Source: Eledone cirrhosa (lineage: Eukaryota). From it: a stretch of 64,000 bases of DNA. The DNA lies in contig OZ024745.1 of assembly GCA_964016885.1 (NCBI GenBank), forward strand, positions 28,954,001 through 29,018,000. Direction: 5' to 3'. Within the stretch, counting starts at the first letter, position 1; the number at the start of each line of letters is the position of its first letter. This document shows, piece after piece, positions 11,340 through 24,200 of the stretch. The position numbers were made by a program, and so were the translations under genes. The notes beneath the pieces were generated by a model. It was not told the origin of the DNA. It saw only the letters and a list, made by a program, of their open reading frames with translations, and made no database searches.

Positions 11340-12115
11340 TAGTTTGTGGACTTTTATCCTTCCATATTGAAATCTGTCCTACTGAAAGCCCTTGATTTCG
11401 GAAAACAATTTATTAGAATCATTCAGAATAATTCTGAATGCTAGGAGTTCCCTTCCGTTCCATGATAATTCCCACTAGGTTAAAAAAGGGAAGGGACTCA
11501 TAAATTGACATAACCATGGTGTCATAAAATGGGGTTGAGGTCGCTGATCTTATCGGCTTTATCAACCTTGACACCCTCAGGAAATAAATATACCCCCATA
11601 GCTCAGCCCTGTACAGAGACAATGGAATGGTGATGCTATGGATAAGTTCAGAAAAATCTTATAAGAATCTTCAAAGAGTTCAGTTTAAACATCACAGTCC
11701 TCACCAATTGACCAAGGTCGACTTTCTGGACATCACTCTGGAGCAGAAATGTGATGAACACTTCCCCCGTAGAAAACCTAATGTGGAAACAATATATACA
11801 CATATATATATATAGGAAAAAGTATGACCCCGATGGCAGAGCTCAAGCAGTTTCGACGAACTCCCCCAATCCCCATCTGTTGTTAGGAACCTTGTAAATG
11901 GATTAACAGAACCTCTAACTTATCCCCCAACAAGGCTGCACCCCAATACAACAAGGCATTAGATAGAAGTGACTCCACAGAAAAAATAATATATATGGAG
12001 TACATCCTATCTACCCCTCAGAGAGTTAGAAGGAGAAAAAAAGTAACATGTTTTAATCCTCTAACCAATCTAAAGATATCAATGAATACAGTTAATAATT
12101 TCCTGTCCCTAATCA
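11340..12115 (+). pseudogene. Degenerate Naiad/Penelope RT remnant interrupted by TA and a family C fragment
   Basis: Frameshifted motifs DFYPSI, GVEVADLIG, LYRDNG, VDFLDITL, PRRKPN and RRRKKVTCFNP. The last three parallel the ORF at 1111-2133. Confidence 0.7.
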
Positions 12116-12627
12116 GTACTGAAGCAGGGCTACTGACCTCTCAGACAGGCTGGGGGTTCACATCTCACATACGGCTCCACATTCTACTGAGGACATTTTA
12201 TTGTGGCACCAGTGCCAGAAAGGTTGTCATGTCTTTGACACAACTATATGGGTTATGTATATGTATGAGCCTATACATGCATCTGTATGAGTGTGAGGGT
12301 GTGTGAATGTATATGAGCCTATACAAGCATATGTATGTGAACAGGAGAGTGTGTGTTTGTGAGAGCATGTGTGTGCATGTGAAAGATTGAGTGTGCATGT
12401 AGGAGAGGGAGAGAGACATAATGTGTTAATGTGTATATGTGAGAATATGACACATCTTAAATCTCTGATCCTCTATACTTGACCTTTCACAGAAGCCATC
12501 TTAATTTTCCTGCTATGTGTGTATGCCTCTGTGTGTCTAAGAGAGAGAGAGAGAGAGAGTGTGTGTGTGTGTATGTATGTGTGTGTGTGTAACTGTTATG
12601 ACACATCTTAAATTTATGACCCTGTTT

Positions 12628-12918
12628 CTATACCTGGTCTTTCACGGAAGCCATTTTAGTTTTCCTGGTGGGTGAGGCGAGCCGAGATCGAACCCACTCT
12701 AGGGCATGCATCAGTCGTTTGATGTGTCGGGTGTCATGTACGACCCTTTGAACATCATTGTCGGTGATGGAGAGCAGGCGTTCCATTGAAGAGAAGCCCA
12801 TCTTGATGAGGTGTTCACCATACATGGGCAAACCTATGGAGATGAGGAAATCTCGCAGGGATGAGATTTTAAGGTCACATGACGACAGGCACGCTTTGGC
12901 CAGGGATTCACTAGTCAT
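12628..12918 (-). CDS. SASH1: SASH1-like gene, last coding exon (C-terminal SAM domain)
   Basis: ISSLRDFLISIGLPMYGEHL..GFSS...RHIKRL resembles SASH1 SAM2. CAG acceptor at 12919-12921; TAG stop at 12628-12630. Confidence 0.9.
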   Translation of the reverse strand: MTSESLAKACLSSCDLKISSLRDFLISIGLPMYGEHLIKMGFSSMERLLSITDNDVQRVVHDTRHIKRLMHALEWVRSRLASPTRKTKMASVKDQV

Positions 12919-13538
12919 CTGGAATAGAGAGAGAAATACAGTTATATATTATGTTCAAATCTAGTTTATCTTGCTGGTCACCAAGAATAGAGAGAAATAT
13001 AGTTAGATATACAATTCAGAACTAAACATTAACAAATCTTATGATTTATAGACGCGTTTAGATGATTTGGAAATTAAAATGTTGGAATCCAAACACAGAA
13101 TCGTTACAAATGATAATAGCTTTAGAAAATTAAGTAAATATCCCTAGGGCCAGAAAAAAGTAGCAAGCAACCACTACAGAGATTTGAACTCTGTATATTT
13201 TGAATTCATATATATATATATATGTGTATCATTGACAGCTGTGAGAAAGGAGTATTCAATACCAAAGTAGAGTTTATATTAAGGCTAAAAAGTGAGTGTT
13301 GTTAGTCTGGAGTTTCACCTGTTTATCACAGGGTCATCAGACAAGAACTCTTTGAAGACATGTGGCCTAGTGGTTAGAGTGTTAGACCCACAGTCATGAG
13401 GTTATGGGATGAATTCCTGGATGGAGTAGTGTGTTGTGTCCCCTCAGTGGGAAGAGGGTAAGACTAATTATTGGGTCATGGGGGTGGCCTTAAATCCATA
13501 TAATCAAAGACCAAAAACATAAATATCTAAATACTCAC

Positions 13539-13670
13539 TCCCTCCCGTCCATATGACTGGAGTTGAGAAATTCGCACTTGTTCCATCACAGCAGCAATTC
13601 CCCAGACATCGTGTCGCAGTTCCTCAGCATAGCGTTGTACCAACAGAGGTGGGATTCCACAGTAACCATT
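13539..13670 (-). CDS. SASH1: SASH1-like exon (GYCGIPPLLVQRYAEEL...MEQVRISQL)
   Basis: Matches the conserved SASH1 pre-SAM2 motif CGIP..LVQRYAE. Acceptor AG and donor GTGAGT; 132 nt, phase 0-0. Confidence 0.9.
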
Positions 13671-14307
13671 CTGTAAGAGAAACACTAATGTAACAACAAC
13701 AACAATAGTAACACTTCTGTAACAGTTACAACAACAGTAACCATTCTGTAAGAGAGAGACCCTAATGTAACAACAACAATAACAATAGTGACAATTCTGT
13801 AACAGAAACACAAAAAGACAATGAATAATCAAAACCATTTGTGGTGTCAGATTAAAAATACCTCAATATTTGTTCCAACTCACTGTTGTTTGAGTTCAAA
13901 TCCTACTGAAGTTAACTTTGCCTTTCATCCTTTTGTGGTCAATAAATAAAGTACTAGTACTATACTGGGATCAAATCTTTCTCTCTCTATATCTTTCCCA
14001 CGTTTACACACCTACCTCTCACTCACTCTCTGCTTCTCTGGAAGAGATCAACTGTGTTCAGACCTGATGAAGACGGGCTCCACAAAGTTTTAAATACCCA
14101 GGATACAGTGTGTGTCAGGATGGTGTCCCTTCATTAAGAGTTAAGGGCTCTTTACTTTCTTTTAACAGGGACACACAAATGAATAAAGGGACCTCTGCCA
14201 TATTCTACCACTGGGTGACTGCAGTTGATTGGTCAAGGGAATAACCTACTCATTAAATTAATGCATAAGTGGCTGAGTATTCCACAGTTGTATCATTAAT
14301 CTATATA

Positions 14308-14484
14308 ATTGTTTCTACTTTTGGCACAAGGCCAGCAATTACTCAGTGTATTACTGGTACTTTATTTTATCGACCCCATAAGGATGAAAGGCAAAGTTAA
14401 CCTCGGAGGGATTTGAACTCAGAATGGCAAGGGCCGTAACTCTATGCGTCAAAGCATGGCATCCGACCCTCTACCGATACTGCC
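14308..14484 (-). mobile_element. MetaSINE-like SINE
   Basis: Same family as 6642-6838. Confidence 0.75.
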
Positions 14485-14544
14485 ATAATGTCTTGCAATC
14501 AGTAAATAAATCCCTAAACATTCTTCCACATAACTGGGAGAAGG

Positions 14545-14950
14545 AGGCATACACTGTAGAGCTAGCTTAGTGTGATAAATACTCAGCCATCCTGTGTAGG
14601 GCTAGACAAGGGCACTAAATACCCAGGCACACATTTTAGCGTCAGCCTAGTGTGTTAAAATGGTCACATATTGTTGGGCTAGTTTAGTGCACTAAATCCC
14701 CCAAGTACATACTGTATGGCTAGCCAAGGGAGCTAAATACCCAGGTATACATTGTATAGCTAGACTAGGGTGCTAAATACCCAGGTATACATTGTAAGGC
14801 TAACTTAGGATGCTAAATAACAAACACATATTGTAAAGCTGGTCTAGGGTTTTAAATACCCAGCTACACATTGTAGGGCTAGCCTAGACTGCTAAATACC
14901 CAGGCCCACACTGTAGAGATAGCCTAGGGTGCTAAATACCCAGGTGCCAG
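14545..14950. repeat. Degenerate ~40-bp minisatellite (GCTAGCCTAGGGTGCTAAATACCCAGGTATACATTGTAGG)
   Basis: About 10 diverged units; a single related unit lies at about 9545-9590. Confidence 0.75.
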
Positions 14951-15079
14951 GTTTGATAACATATATATATATACACACAACACAACATAAACCAACAAAC
15001 AAAAACACAGAAATATACCAAGAAATATGCACATAATGTTTGGTTAACAGAAGATATTGGGGAAGTTTGAAAGTATTAC

Positions 15080-16269
15080 CTTGTCACTGTAAGGCTCCAA
15101 ACACAGATCAATTTTCTCATCAGATAATTTGGCTTTCACAAGTGGGATTAAGGATCTACTAGGAGGTTTGGGTGGTCGTGGGATTGTACGGTTGGGGGAA
15201 TCTTTGCTGCCATAAAAACTTCCATCAACACTTCTTCCCAACGTTCCAGGGAAATATATTTGATTGGGATTACTGTCCCCTTCCAGACACATCTGGGGTT
15301 TAGTTCCATAAATCAACTTTTGTGTCCTTAGGTGGTTCTCGTTAACATTGTTACCTTTTTTACGGAAAGGGTCCATCTGTGTGCTCACATCCCGCTTAAC
15401 TGATGGGGATGAAGACAAAGAATCTGAAAGTATGATGTGATAAGATGGAGATATAACTCTATCCATCATCACCAAACTTCCATTTGTCTTGGAAGAACAT
15501 AGTTTACTGGCCGATTTCCTCAGTGAAACAGGTTTTGAGTTCCTGTGGGGCGAAATATCAGAGAAGTCACTCTGTGTTCCATCTGATCCCTCCGATCCAC
15601 AACTACGTATCGGTATCTTGCCGTCAACAATGGCCACATTGATGGGACCATGCTGCTCATGTCTTTTACTGAGGTGGTGTAACATTGGACTGACATGACT
15701 GCAATCAGCTGTCATGTTACAGAAAGAACTGGAATGTGAGATATATCCATTAGCTATATTTTCGTGTGTCGACTGCTGGGCACTTGAACAGCGTTGGAGC
15801 CGGGTTAGAGGCGTGGCTTTCTTTGGAGACGCTCGGATCTCTTTCTGGGCAAATCCATCTGTAATTTCACACACCTCTCGGTCCTCAGCAGATAATTCGA
15901 GATCACTGATTTCATAGTTGGTGTTAGGTTCCGTCACTTGCTGTCCAGCTGCCGTTTGACAGGCAATGCTCTTCTGTGGTTGACTTTCATCATTGTTAGT
16001 TCCATCAGTCTCCGAGATACAGTTATCTATAGCAGACTGACCGAGCATCTTCTTCTTGTGGATATCTTCATCTGAAGGACGAGCTGACTGTTGGCCTTTA
16101 TGGAGTGAGTTGTCACTACTAGCATAGAAGCCTGAGTCTCTACTCAGGGGTTGAATGGGCATTGGGGGTGGTGGTTCAGTGTTAAATAAGGTTGGGGGTG
16201 ACAGACTGGAAGGGGTATCAGCAAAGGTATTGCTGTCACATTTGGCTGAGTCATCCAGAATATCAGGGG
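15080..16269 (-). CDS. SASH1: SASH1-like large exon (Ser/Pro-rich linker ending KIDLCLEPYSDK)
   Basis: Open frame of 1190 nt, phase 1-0, with SRDSGFY and EPYSDK motifs; TTTCAG acceptor and GTAATA donor. Confidence 0.88.
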
Positions 16270-16593
16270 CTGAAATTACACAAAATACAGAAAATGTGAG
16301 AATATTGAAAATGACAATTATGTAAGGAATATTCTTAATAGGTGGGTGGGGGGATAATGGCAGTGGTACAGTGGTGGTGGTGGTGGTGGTGGTAGTGGTG
16401 GTACAGTAGTTGCAGTATAGCTGATGGTATAGTGGTTGTGGCACAATTGTTGTAGTAGTGGTGGTGATGGTGTGGTTATAGTCCTGTTTATAGTACAGAT
16501 GTAGTGGTGGTGATACAGTGGCTGTGGTATTGGTGATGGTATAGTGGTTATGGTAGTGGTACAATTAGTAGAAAGTATAAAGTATTAAAGTTA

Positions 16594-16833
<240 letters not shown>

Positions 16834-16864
16834 TCAAGAGAGAGAGAGAGTGAGAGAGAGAGAG

Positions 16865-17350
16865 ATATGTTGTCAACATAGATATGATGTAGACATGAGA
16901 TATGTCAACTGTCAACATAGTTATGATATAGACAGGAGATATGATGTCAATATATGTTTAATGTTGACATAGATATGACATCATAGATATGATGTTGACA
17001 TAGATACGATGTAAGCATAGATGTGATTGCCAACATAACTATGATGTCAACATAGATATGATGCCAACATAGATATGATGTCAACATAGATATGATGTCG
17101 ACATAGATATGATGTCAACATAGATATGATGTCAACATAGATATGATGTCAACATAGATATGATGCCAACATAGATATGATGTCAACATAGATATGATGC
17201 CAACATAGATATGATGTCAACATAGATATGATGTCAACATAGATATGATGTCAACATAGATTTGATGTTGACATAGATTTGATGTTGACATAGATATAAT
17301 GACAACATATATATGATGACATCATAGATATAATGTAGATATAGATATGA
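16865..17350. repeat. 17-bp minisatellite (CATAGATATGATGTCAA)n
   Basis: Direct tandem repeats, homogeneous in the centre. Confidence 0.9.
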
Positions 17351-17411
17351 TACTGATGGTAATGAGGGTGGTGGTAATGATGATGATGATGATGATGATG
17401 ATGATACGTAC

Positions 17412-17627
17412 CTCTAACCCAATGCGTTGCATCAATTCCTCAACATTACGTGGTTTCGACCGCTGTGAGTTCCCTCTTCGATGAATTCTCTCCTTGCGTT
17501 GGCCTCTCGGAGTGTCGTCATTGATCATTTCAACATGAGAGAACTGGAAATTTCCAACTTTCTGTCTTAACATACCTTTCCATACACCTGGCTGGAACAT
17601 ACTCATTACCTGAATAATGTCACCTTT
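17412..17627 (-). CDS. SASH1: SASH1-like exon (second half of SH3 and start of SAM1)
   Basis: KGDIIQVM...GVWKGMLRQKVGNFQFSHVE...KPRNVEELMQRIGLE; TAG acceptor and GTACGT donor; 216 nt. Confidence 0.9.
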
Positions 17628-17935
17628 CTAGAGACGATTGGGGGAGAGAGAGAGAGACAGAGATTTAATATGAGAAAGAGAGAGAGATTTAGTGGGAGTA
17701 TAGGTAAGAGAGACAACAAGAGAGTGGAAGAGAGAGAAATTTAGTGGGAGTCTGGGTGTGAGAAAGGAGAGAGTTTGTGTTTGTGTGTGTTGTGCTGTAT
17801 GTATAAGGAAACCAGCCAGACAAGTATATATATATATATATATAAAGAATCAAAAAGAACAGAAAGATGCAGTAAAAGAGATTTATTCGGTTCTAACGTA
17901 TGTCCTGGAAAACTTTAATGCACTCATGCATAACC

Positions 17936-17966
<31 letters not shown>

Positions 17967-18124
17967 TAGAGAGAGAGAGATGGGAAGATTGATAGATATA
18001 TAGATAATCTGTGAAAAAAATAGTGAGTGTTTTGTGAGCAGTTCAAGTGTGTGTGTGTGTATATATATATAAATATAGGAATCAAACACTCCACAGGAAA
18101 CAAGCACTACAAACTCTGGGAGGG

Positions 18125-19030
18125 CTTGGTAGAAACTGTAGACAGCTTCTGCTACCTAGGCGATCAAATTAGCAGCAGAAGTGGGTGTTCTGAAAGTACA
18201 GTAACCAGGGTAAAAATGGGATGGAAGAAGTTCAGGGAGCTACTGCTACTACTAGCTGCAAAAGGTTTTTCCCTCAAAATGAAAGGCAGACTGTATGATG
18301 CGTGCATACGAACAGCAATGTTACATGGTAGTGAGACCTGGGCACTGTCCATAGATTAGAAAGAAACGAAGCTTCCATGCTCCGATGGATGTGTAATAGT
18401 AATAAACGCGAATGGCAAAGCATAAACGAACTGAGAGAGAGACTGAGCATAAGAGGAATCAAATGCTGTGTGCAGGAGAGGAGGATGCGTTGGTATGGAC
18501 ATGTGATGCGTATGAAGGATGACAGCTGCATAAAAAGGTGCAGAGCACTAGAAGTCAATGGAAGCCGTGGAGTGGTGAGACCCAAGAAGACCTGGGATGA
18601 GGTTATAAAAGTGGACCTTGCCCAATTGCACCTCTCAACGGCGATAACACAGGACCGTGACCTCTGGCGTCACGCAGTAATACAGAAGACTCGACTTCCC
18701 ACGGGAACAAGCCGAAGCCAAAGCATATAGGCAATATGGCCCCATCTCCTCCCACTGCAAGGTGGTCGTGGAGGTGTCACAACAAAAAAAGCACCCAGCC
18801 CACTCTGTAAAGTGGATGTGTAGGTGCCACGGAAGAAAAGCACCCAGCACTCACTGTAAATGAGGTTGGTGTTAGGAAGGGCATCCAGCTGTAGAAATCA
18901 AGCCAAAATCAGTTCCCGTATGAGCAAGACAAGGTCAGCTGACCTAACATCGCCCACAACAGGACAACCCATCTAGCCCATGCTAGCGTGGAAGAATCGA
19001 TGTAAAACGGTGATGATAATGATCATGATG
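18125..19030 (+). mobile_element. 5'-truncated RTE LINE (ORF end, 3' UTR and GAT tail)
   Basis: Homologous to 24205-25180 (VDSFCYLGD...KGRLYDAC...RWYGHV), with frameshifts. Confidence 0.85.
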
Positions 19031-19035
19031 ATATA

Positions 19036-19086
19036 TATGGCTTCAACAGGAGTAGAACTGTTTCATCCAGGGAAGTCATCAGGATC

Positions 19087-19088
<2 letters not shown>
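19036..19088 (-). ncRNA. Hammerhead core, family B (sense to the SASH1 pre-mRNA)
   Basis: The minus strand reads CTGATGA cttccctggat GAAA CAG ttctactc CTG TT gaagcc; stem I is weak or truncated. Confidence 0.5.
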
Positions 19089-19131
<43 letters not shown>

Positions 19132-19470
19132 GTATGAGAAACAAAGTTTCACAGTAAAATGTCTTTATTTCATATCAAATATTACATATGTTTCACAGAT
19201 GATTGGCTTGAGGTCTTAACAGATATGATAGATCTGCAAAACATTCGATATGGAATAAAATGATTTTAAATTGAAACTTTGCTGTCTCATACACTTTGCT
19301 GTCTCATACACTCTGCTAATTACAAACATACAACACACAGATACTGTAATAAAAACACACTTTCTTTGGAATCAGCCTGTTCAAGTAAGAGCATTGGGTG
19401 TTCATATTGGTGACACCTATAGTAATCAACACACATTACTAAATAACCTACATTATATATATAGTGATAT

Positions 19471-19672
19471 AGGCGGTGAATTGGCAGTATCGGTAGATGG
19501 TCGGACGCCATGCTTTCCAGCATAGTTACGTCCCTTTACGGTCTGAGTTCAAATCCCGCCGAGGTTGACTTTGCCTTTCATCCTTACATTTCGAATTTAC
19601 AGGGTCGATAAAATAAAGTACCAGTAATGCACTGGGTAATTGCTGGCCCCCGTACCAAAAGTTGAAACAATT
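19471..19672 (+). mobile_element. MetaSINE-like SINE, full length
   Basis: tRNA head, B box, GCCTTTCATCC...GGTCGATAAAATAAAGTACCAG domain. Confidence 0.8.
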
Positions 19673-19813
19673 ATATATATAGTGATCTATGAGTATATAT
19701 GTGTGTATGACTGACACTTCACAATTTGGCCAGCAGAAAGGGACAAACCCATAGCCATGGCTAAAAAAAAAGAGAGAAAGAGAGAGAGAGAAGAGATAAT
19801 GTTGAGTACTGAC

Positions 19814-19959
19814 CCTTAAAAGTAAAGAATCTTTGTCCTGTGGATCAGGGAAATAGTCGGTATGGACTCTAGCTTGCCCTAAAAAAGGACCGGAATAAAG
19901 AGGCATGCCATCTGTGGTGGGGGCAATGGAATTCTGGGAGTTTCTTCCTGGAAATTTGC
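19814..19959 (-). CDS. SASH1: SASH1-like exon (start of SH3: YSGPFLGQARVHTDYFPDPQDKDSLLLR)
   Basis: SLY/SASH1 family signature GPF.G.ARVHTD; CAG acceptor and GTCAGT donor; phase 1-0. Confidence 0.9.
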
Positions 19960-20176
19960 CTGCAGAATAGGAATTAGAGAATTACAGAACAATAGATTGG
20001 GGCACAAATTCTGTATAGATGAACACTCACACAGGCACACATATCTATCTATCTATCTATATATATATATATATATATATGTAAACATACATATATATAT
20101 ATACATATGTATATATACACACACATATACGAAAACAAATTTCGCTTTGCACATACATAGATATGTATACACACAC

Positions 20177-20215
<39 letters not shown>

Positions 20216-20817
20216 AGATGATATGGAACTTATATGTGGACGTTACACTGTAACATTGTGAGGATAAGCTGATTCAAATGATCCAAAAACACTTCATGTC
20301 AGTAATTAGTTTATCCCAGCTAAAAGTTGGTGATTAACAGTGACAGAGTATTCAGTTATTAATTAAACGTTGTTAAGACAGAGTTAGTTCACCATAATTG
20401 CTTTATTGCATAATATATATTTCTGTGACATGGTTATGCATGTGACTTCAACAAATGTCACTGGTCATATATTACCATCCAGCTGTGATGCTTGCAAGCA
20501 TATGGTGATTGTATGAGCACTTTTTCTTTTGTTTTTATATAACTCTAACTCTCTTTACACATCACATGACCATGCCAATACAACCATATCTCTTGCACAC
20601 TACATTCAATCCTATTTATTCTCAGCTTTTCTCTCAGTTCACTATTAGTGCTCTATCAATTGTGTACACAAACATTATACATCCAACATACATATTGATA
20701 TGATCGACAAAATGGTGCCCCAGCATGGCCATGACTGAAACCAGTTGAAAAAATAAAAGAAAAACAACAGCGGTGCAGGTGTATAGTTCTCTGGGAGGAA
20801 CAACAACAACAACTTAC

Positions 20818-20878
20818 ATGTATTAAATATTTCTGGGCTACCTGGTACTGCATGGATATCAGATACATCTGGGTTCAT
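20818..20878 (-). CDS. SASH1: SASH1-like small exon (MNPDVSDIHAVPGSPEIFNT)
   Basis: TTTCAG acceptor and GTAAGT donor; 61 nt, phase 0-1, which joins both neighbours in frame. Confidence 0.78.
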
Positions 20879-21095
20879 CTGAAATATAGATAATGGAAGG
20901 GTTACACTGTTGTGTTGTGGTAGTCATGTAAAATGATGATGATGCATGTGTGTATATGTGTGTGTGCATGCATATGCACATGTATAGGTGTGTGTGTATG
21001 TGCATGTGTGTATGCATGTGTGTGTACATATATATGTGTTTGCGTACATGTATGTCTGTGCACTCATGTATGTATGCGCACCAGTGTTTACTGAC

Positions 21096-21227
21096 CTGGC
21101 GTGACCTGAAGCTTGGCTCCTTAGACCGTAGCAGTTTCTTCTTCAAGTCATTCCTCAAGTCTTTGTTTCTGTCATTTGTACTCAGTGACCTCTGTGTTAT
21201 TCCTCTTGGACAGCTCTGACTTATTCT
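21096..21227 (-). CDS. SASH1: SASH1-like exon (RISQSCPRG...KKKLLRSKEPSFRSRQ)
   Basis: TACAG acceptor and GTCAGT donor; 132 nt, phase 0-0, open frame. Confidence 0.75.
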
Positions 21228-21299
21228 CTGTAATGACAACAACAACATTATATATATATATAAAGTTATGAAATGAAAGGAGCTGTGTGGTTACTAAAA

Positions 21300-24200
21300 C
21301 AAGGTTTAGGATGGTGGTTAGGATGGAACAGGAGGAGAAAGGAAGAAAGGGGTTTCCATCGTCAGCTGTAAATGTATCCCGAACCGATGTTTCGGCGCTG
21401 AATTACAGGACATCGGTGTAGTTCGGTGCATCCGAGGCCTTTTATTAATCAAAGGACCAGGTGGAAAAGGAGAGAGAACGAGAGAAAAAAGGAGAGAGAA
21501 AAGGAAAGAAAGGGAAAGGAGGAAGAACAGGAGGGGGGGGGAGATGAGGAGAGAGGAAGAAGGGGGGGAAATAGGAAAGGAATAGGAGAAAAAAAAGTGT
21601 ACAGGTCCCATCGTGGGAAACATGCAAAAAAGTAACCGTGGAAAAATAGGGAAAGTAAGTTGTGGCCAACCTGGGAGACTTTAGCCTGGTGGTCAGCTAC
21701 GACTCAGAGCTGGTATAATCGTGCTGCCTCTCATATATATATATATATCAAAACTTCAGAGTTGGTACCATAAATGTAGGCACCCTAAAGGGTCGCGCTA
21801 ACGAGGTTGTAGAAATGCTTGAACGTAAGGAGGTCGATGTTTGTTGTATTCAAGAGACCAGGTGGAGGGGTGGGTCTGCTAGGTTCATTGAGGGTAAAAA
21901 ACGATGTTATAAGCTTTTCTGGGTGGGAAACGACGATGGGCTGGGTGGAGTAGGAATCATGGTAGCAGAAAAGTGGGCAGATAAGATAATAGACGTAAAT
22001 AGAGTGACCGACAGAATAATTAAAATACGACTTGTCCTCAATAGAACTACGGTGACAGTAATATCTGCGTACGCACCCCAATCCGGACTGCCCGGCACTA
22101 TAAAAGACAGATTCTATGAGACACTGATGCTAACTACCTCCCAAATATCCGACAGTGACTATATAATTATCGCAGGCGACCTAAATGGTCACGTTGGACA
22201 ACATTGTGACGGCTACGACGAAATCCATGGAGGCTATGGGTTTGGTACTAGAAATGAGGAAGGCTCCAGAATCCTGGAATTCTGTGATGCAAATAACCTA
22301 ACTATCTGTAACACTAACTTCAAAAAACGTGACAATCACTTGATCACCTATAGATCCGGGGAACACACAAGCCAGGTAGATTATATCCTTACCAGAAGAC
22401 GTGACAGAGTGTCTGTTGTAAACACTAAATCCCTCCCCCATGAAGAATGCACCTCCCAACATAGACTGATAATTAGCGACCTCATAGTCAGGACGAGACG
22501 TACTCGACAACAGAAGAGGACTATCCTCAGGAGGAAAATATGGAAGCTAAAGGACCCCACAGCCAGGAATAAATTTCAAAGCATATTACTTGATGCTTTC
22601 GACAGTAAGGAAGAACATTTAGAGTCGGACAATATAGAGGGAGAGTGGGAATTTCTGAAAGCAAACCTGCTGTTGGCGACAGACGAAGTCTGTGGCTGGA
22701 GCAGGCCTGTAGGCAGGAGGAGAGTAACATGGTGGTGGAACAGTAAGGTGGAGGGGTCAATTAAGGCCAAAAAGCAGGCTTGGAAAGTATGGCGGGATGG
22801 GGGAAGTAGAGAGGACTATCAAGTGGCCAGGAGGGAAGCTAGGAGACAAGTGTACTTAGCAAGAAGGGAAGCTGAGGAAAGAAAGTTCAAGCATGTTCTA
22901 CAACGCGATGACCAAAAACGTGAGGTGTTCAGGATTGCTAGGCAATGCGTCAAGGAAAACCGTGATATTGTCGGGGAGAAGTGTGTACTAAACGACGATG
23001 GCACACTTGCCATCACCGACGCTGATAAGAAGGTAGCTTGGAAGTGTCACTATGAAAGGCTACTAAATGAGGAGAATAATTGGGAGAAAGGCAGTCTCCC
23101 CCATATCGACCCAATAGAGGGACCAGCAGTGTTAGTCGAGGGGAGTATAATAAGTAAGGCAATCAAGGATATGAAGACGGGTAAGGCGGCTGGGCCTTCG
23201 GAAATAGTTGCTGAGATGCTGAAGGCATCTGGCACGGTGGGACACACCATGGTCACCCGCATAGTTAACCAAGTCGTACAGAATGGGGTTGTTCCGAAGG
23301 ACTGGCATAGCAGCATCATCGTTAACTGTTATAAGGGTAAAGGAGACGCCCTAGATAGGAGTAACTATAGAGGCATTAAATTAATCGACCAGGTCATGAA
23401 GGTCACGGAAAAAGTAATAGCGCAACTAATCAGAGAGAGAATTGACCTAGATGAAATGCAGTTCGGGTTTGTGTCAGGCAAAAGTACCACAGACGCTCTT
23501 TTCATAGTACGACAACTACAAGAGAAGTACCTAGCTAAAGGTAAACCCCTCTACTTAGCTTTTGTCGACTTGGAGAAAGCCTTCGACAGAGTCCCCCGCT
23601 CCATTATCTGGTGGGCTCTTAGAAAACTAGGCGTTGACGAATGGCTTGTGAGGGCTATACAAGCCATGTATAAAGAAACAGTCAGCAAGGTTAGAATTAA
23701 CAACGAATATAGTGAAGAGTTTAGCGTAAAAGTTGGCGTCCATCAGGGCTCTGTTCTCAGCCCACTACTATTTATTATTGCCCTTCAGGCTATAACAGAG
23801 GAGTTCAAGACCGGCTGCCCATGGGAACTCCTATACGCAGACGACCTGACACTCATAGCGGAATCAATGGCCGAGCTAGAGAAGAAATTCCAAACATGGA
23901 AGCACGGCCTAGAGTCAAAAGGACTTAAAATTAACCTGGCTAAGACCAAAGTACTAGTTTGTAGGAAAGAAAACAAGGCGGCGGTCCCTTCTGGGAAATG
24001 GTCGTGCTCGGTGTGTAGGAAAGGCGTAGGTAGAAACTCCATTTTATGTCCTAAATGCAAAGTATGGGTGCATAAAAGATGTAGTGGGATCACAGGTAAG
24101 CTAACTAAGAACATAGATTTTACATGTGGCCGGTGCTCTGGTGCAATAAGTAGCAGCAAGTGCCCACAAGCTACTAGCTCTTTCAATTGCGCAGAGGGTT

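Noticed and set aside
16270-16564. N-terminal part of the 506-aa ORF as coding sequence
   Set aside because: It is intronic (ACC)n low-complexity sequence upstream of the acceptor at 16270-16271.
19471-19560. tRNA genes here and at 30529
   Set aside because: These are SINE heads continuing into SINE bodies; no complete cloverleaf is present.
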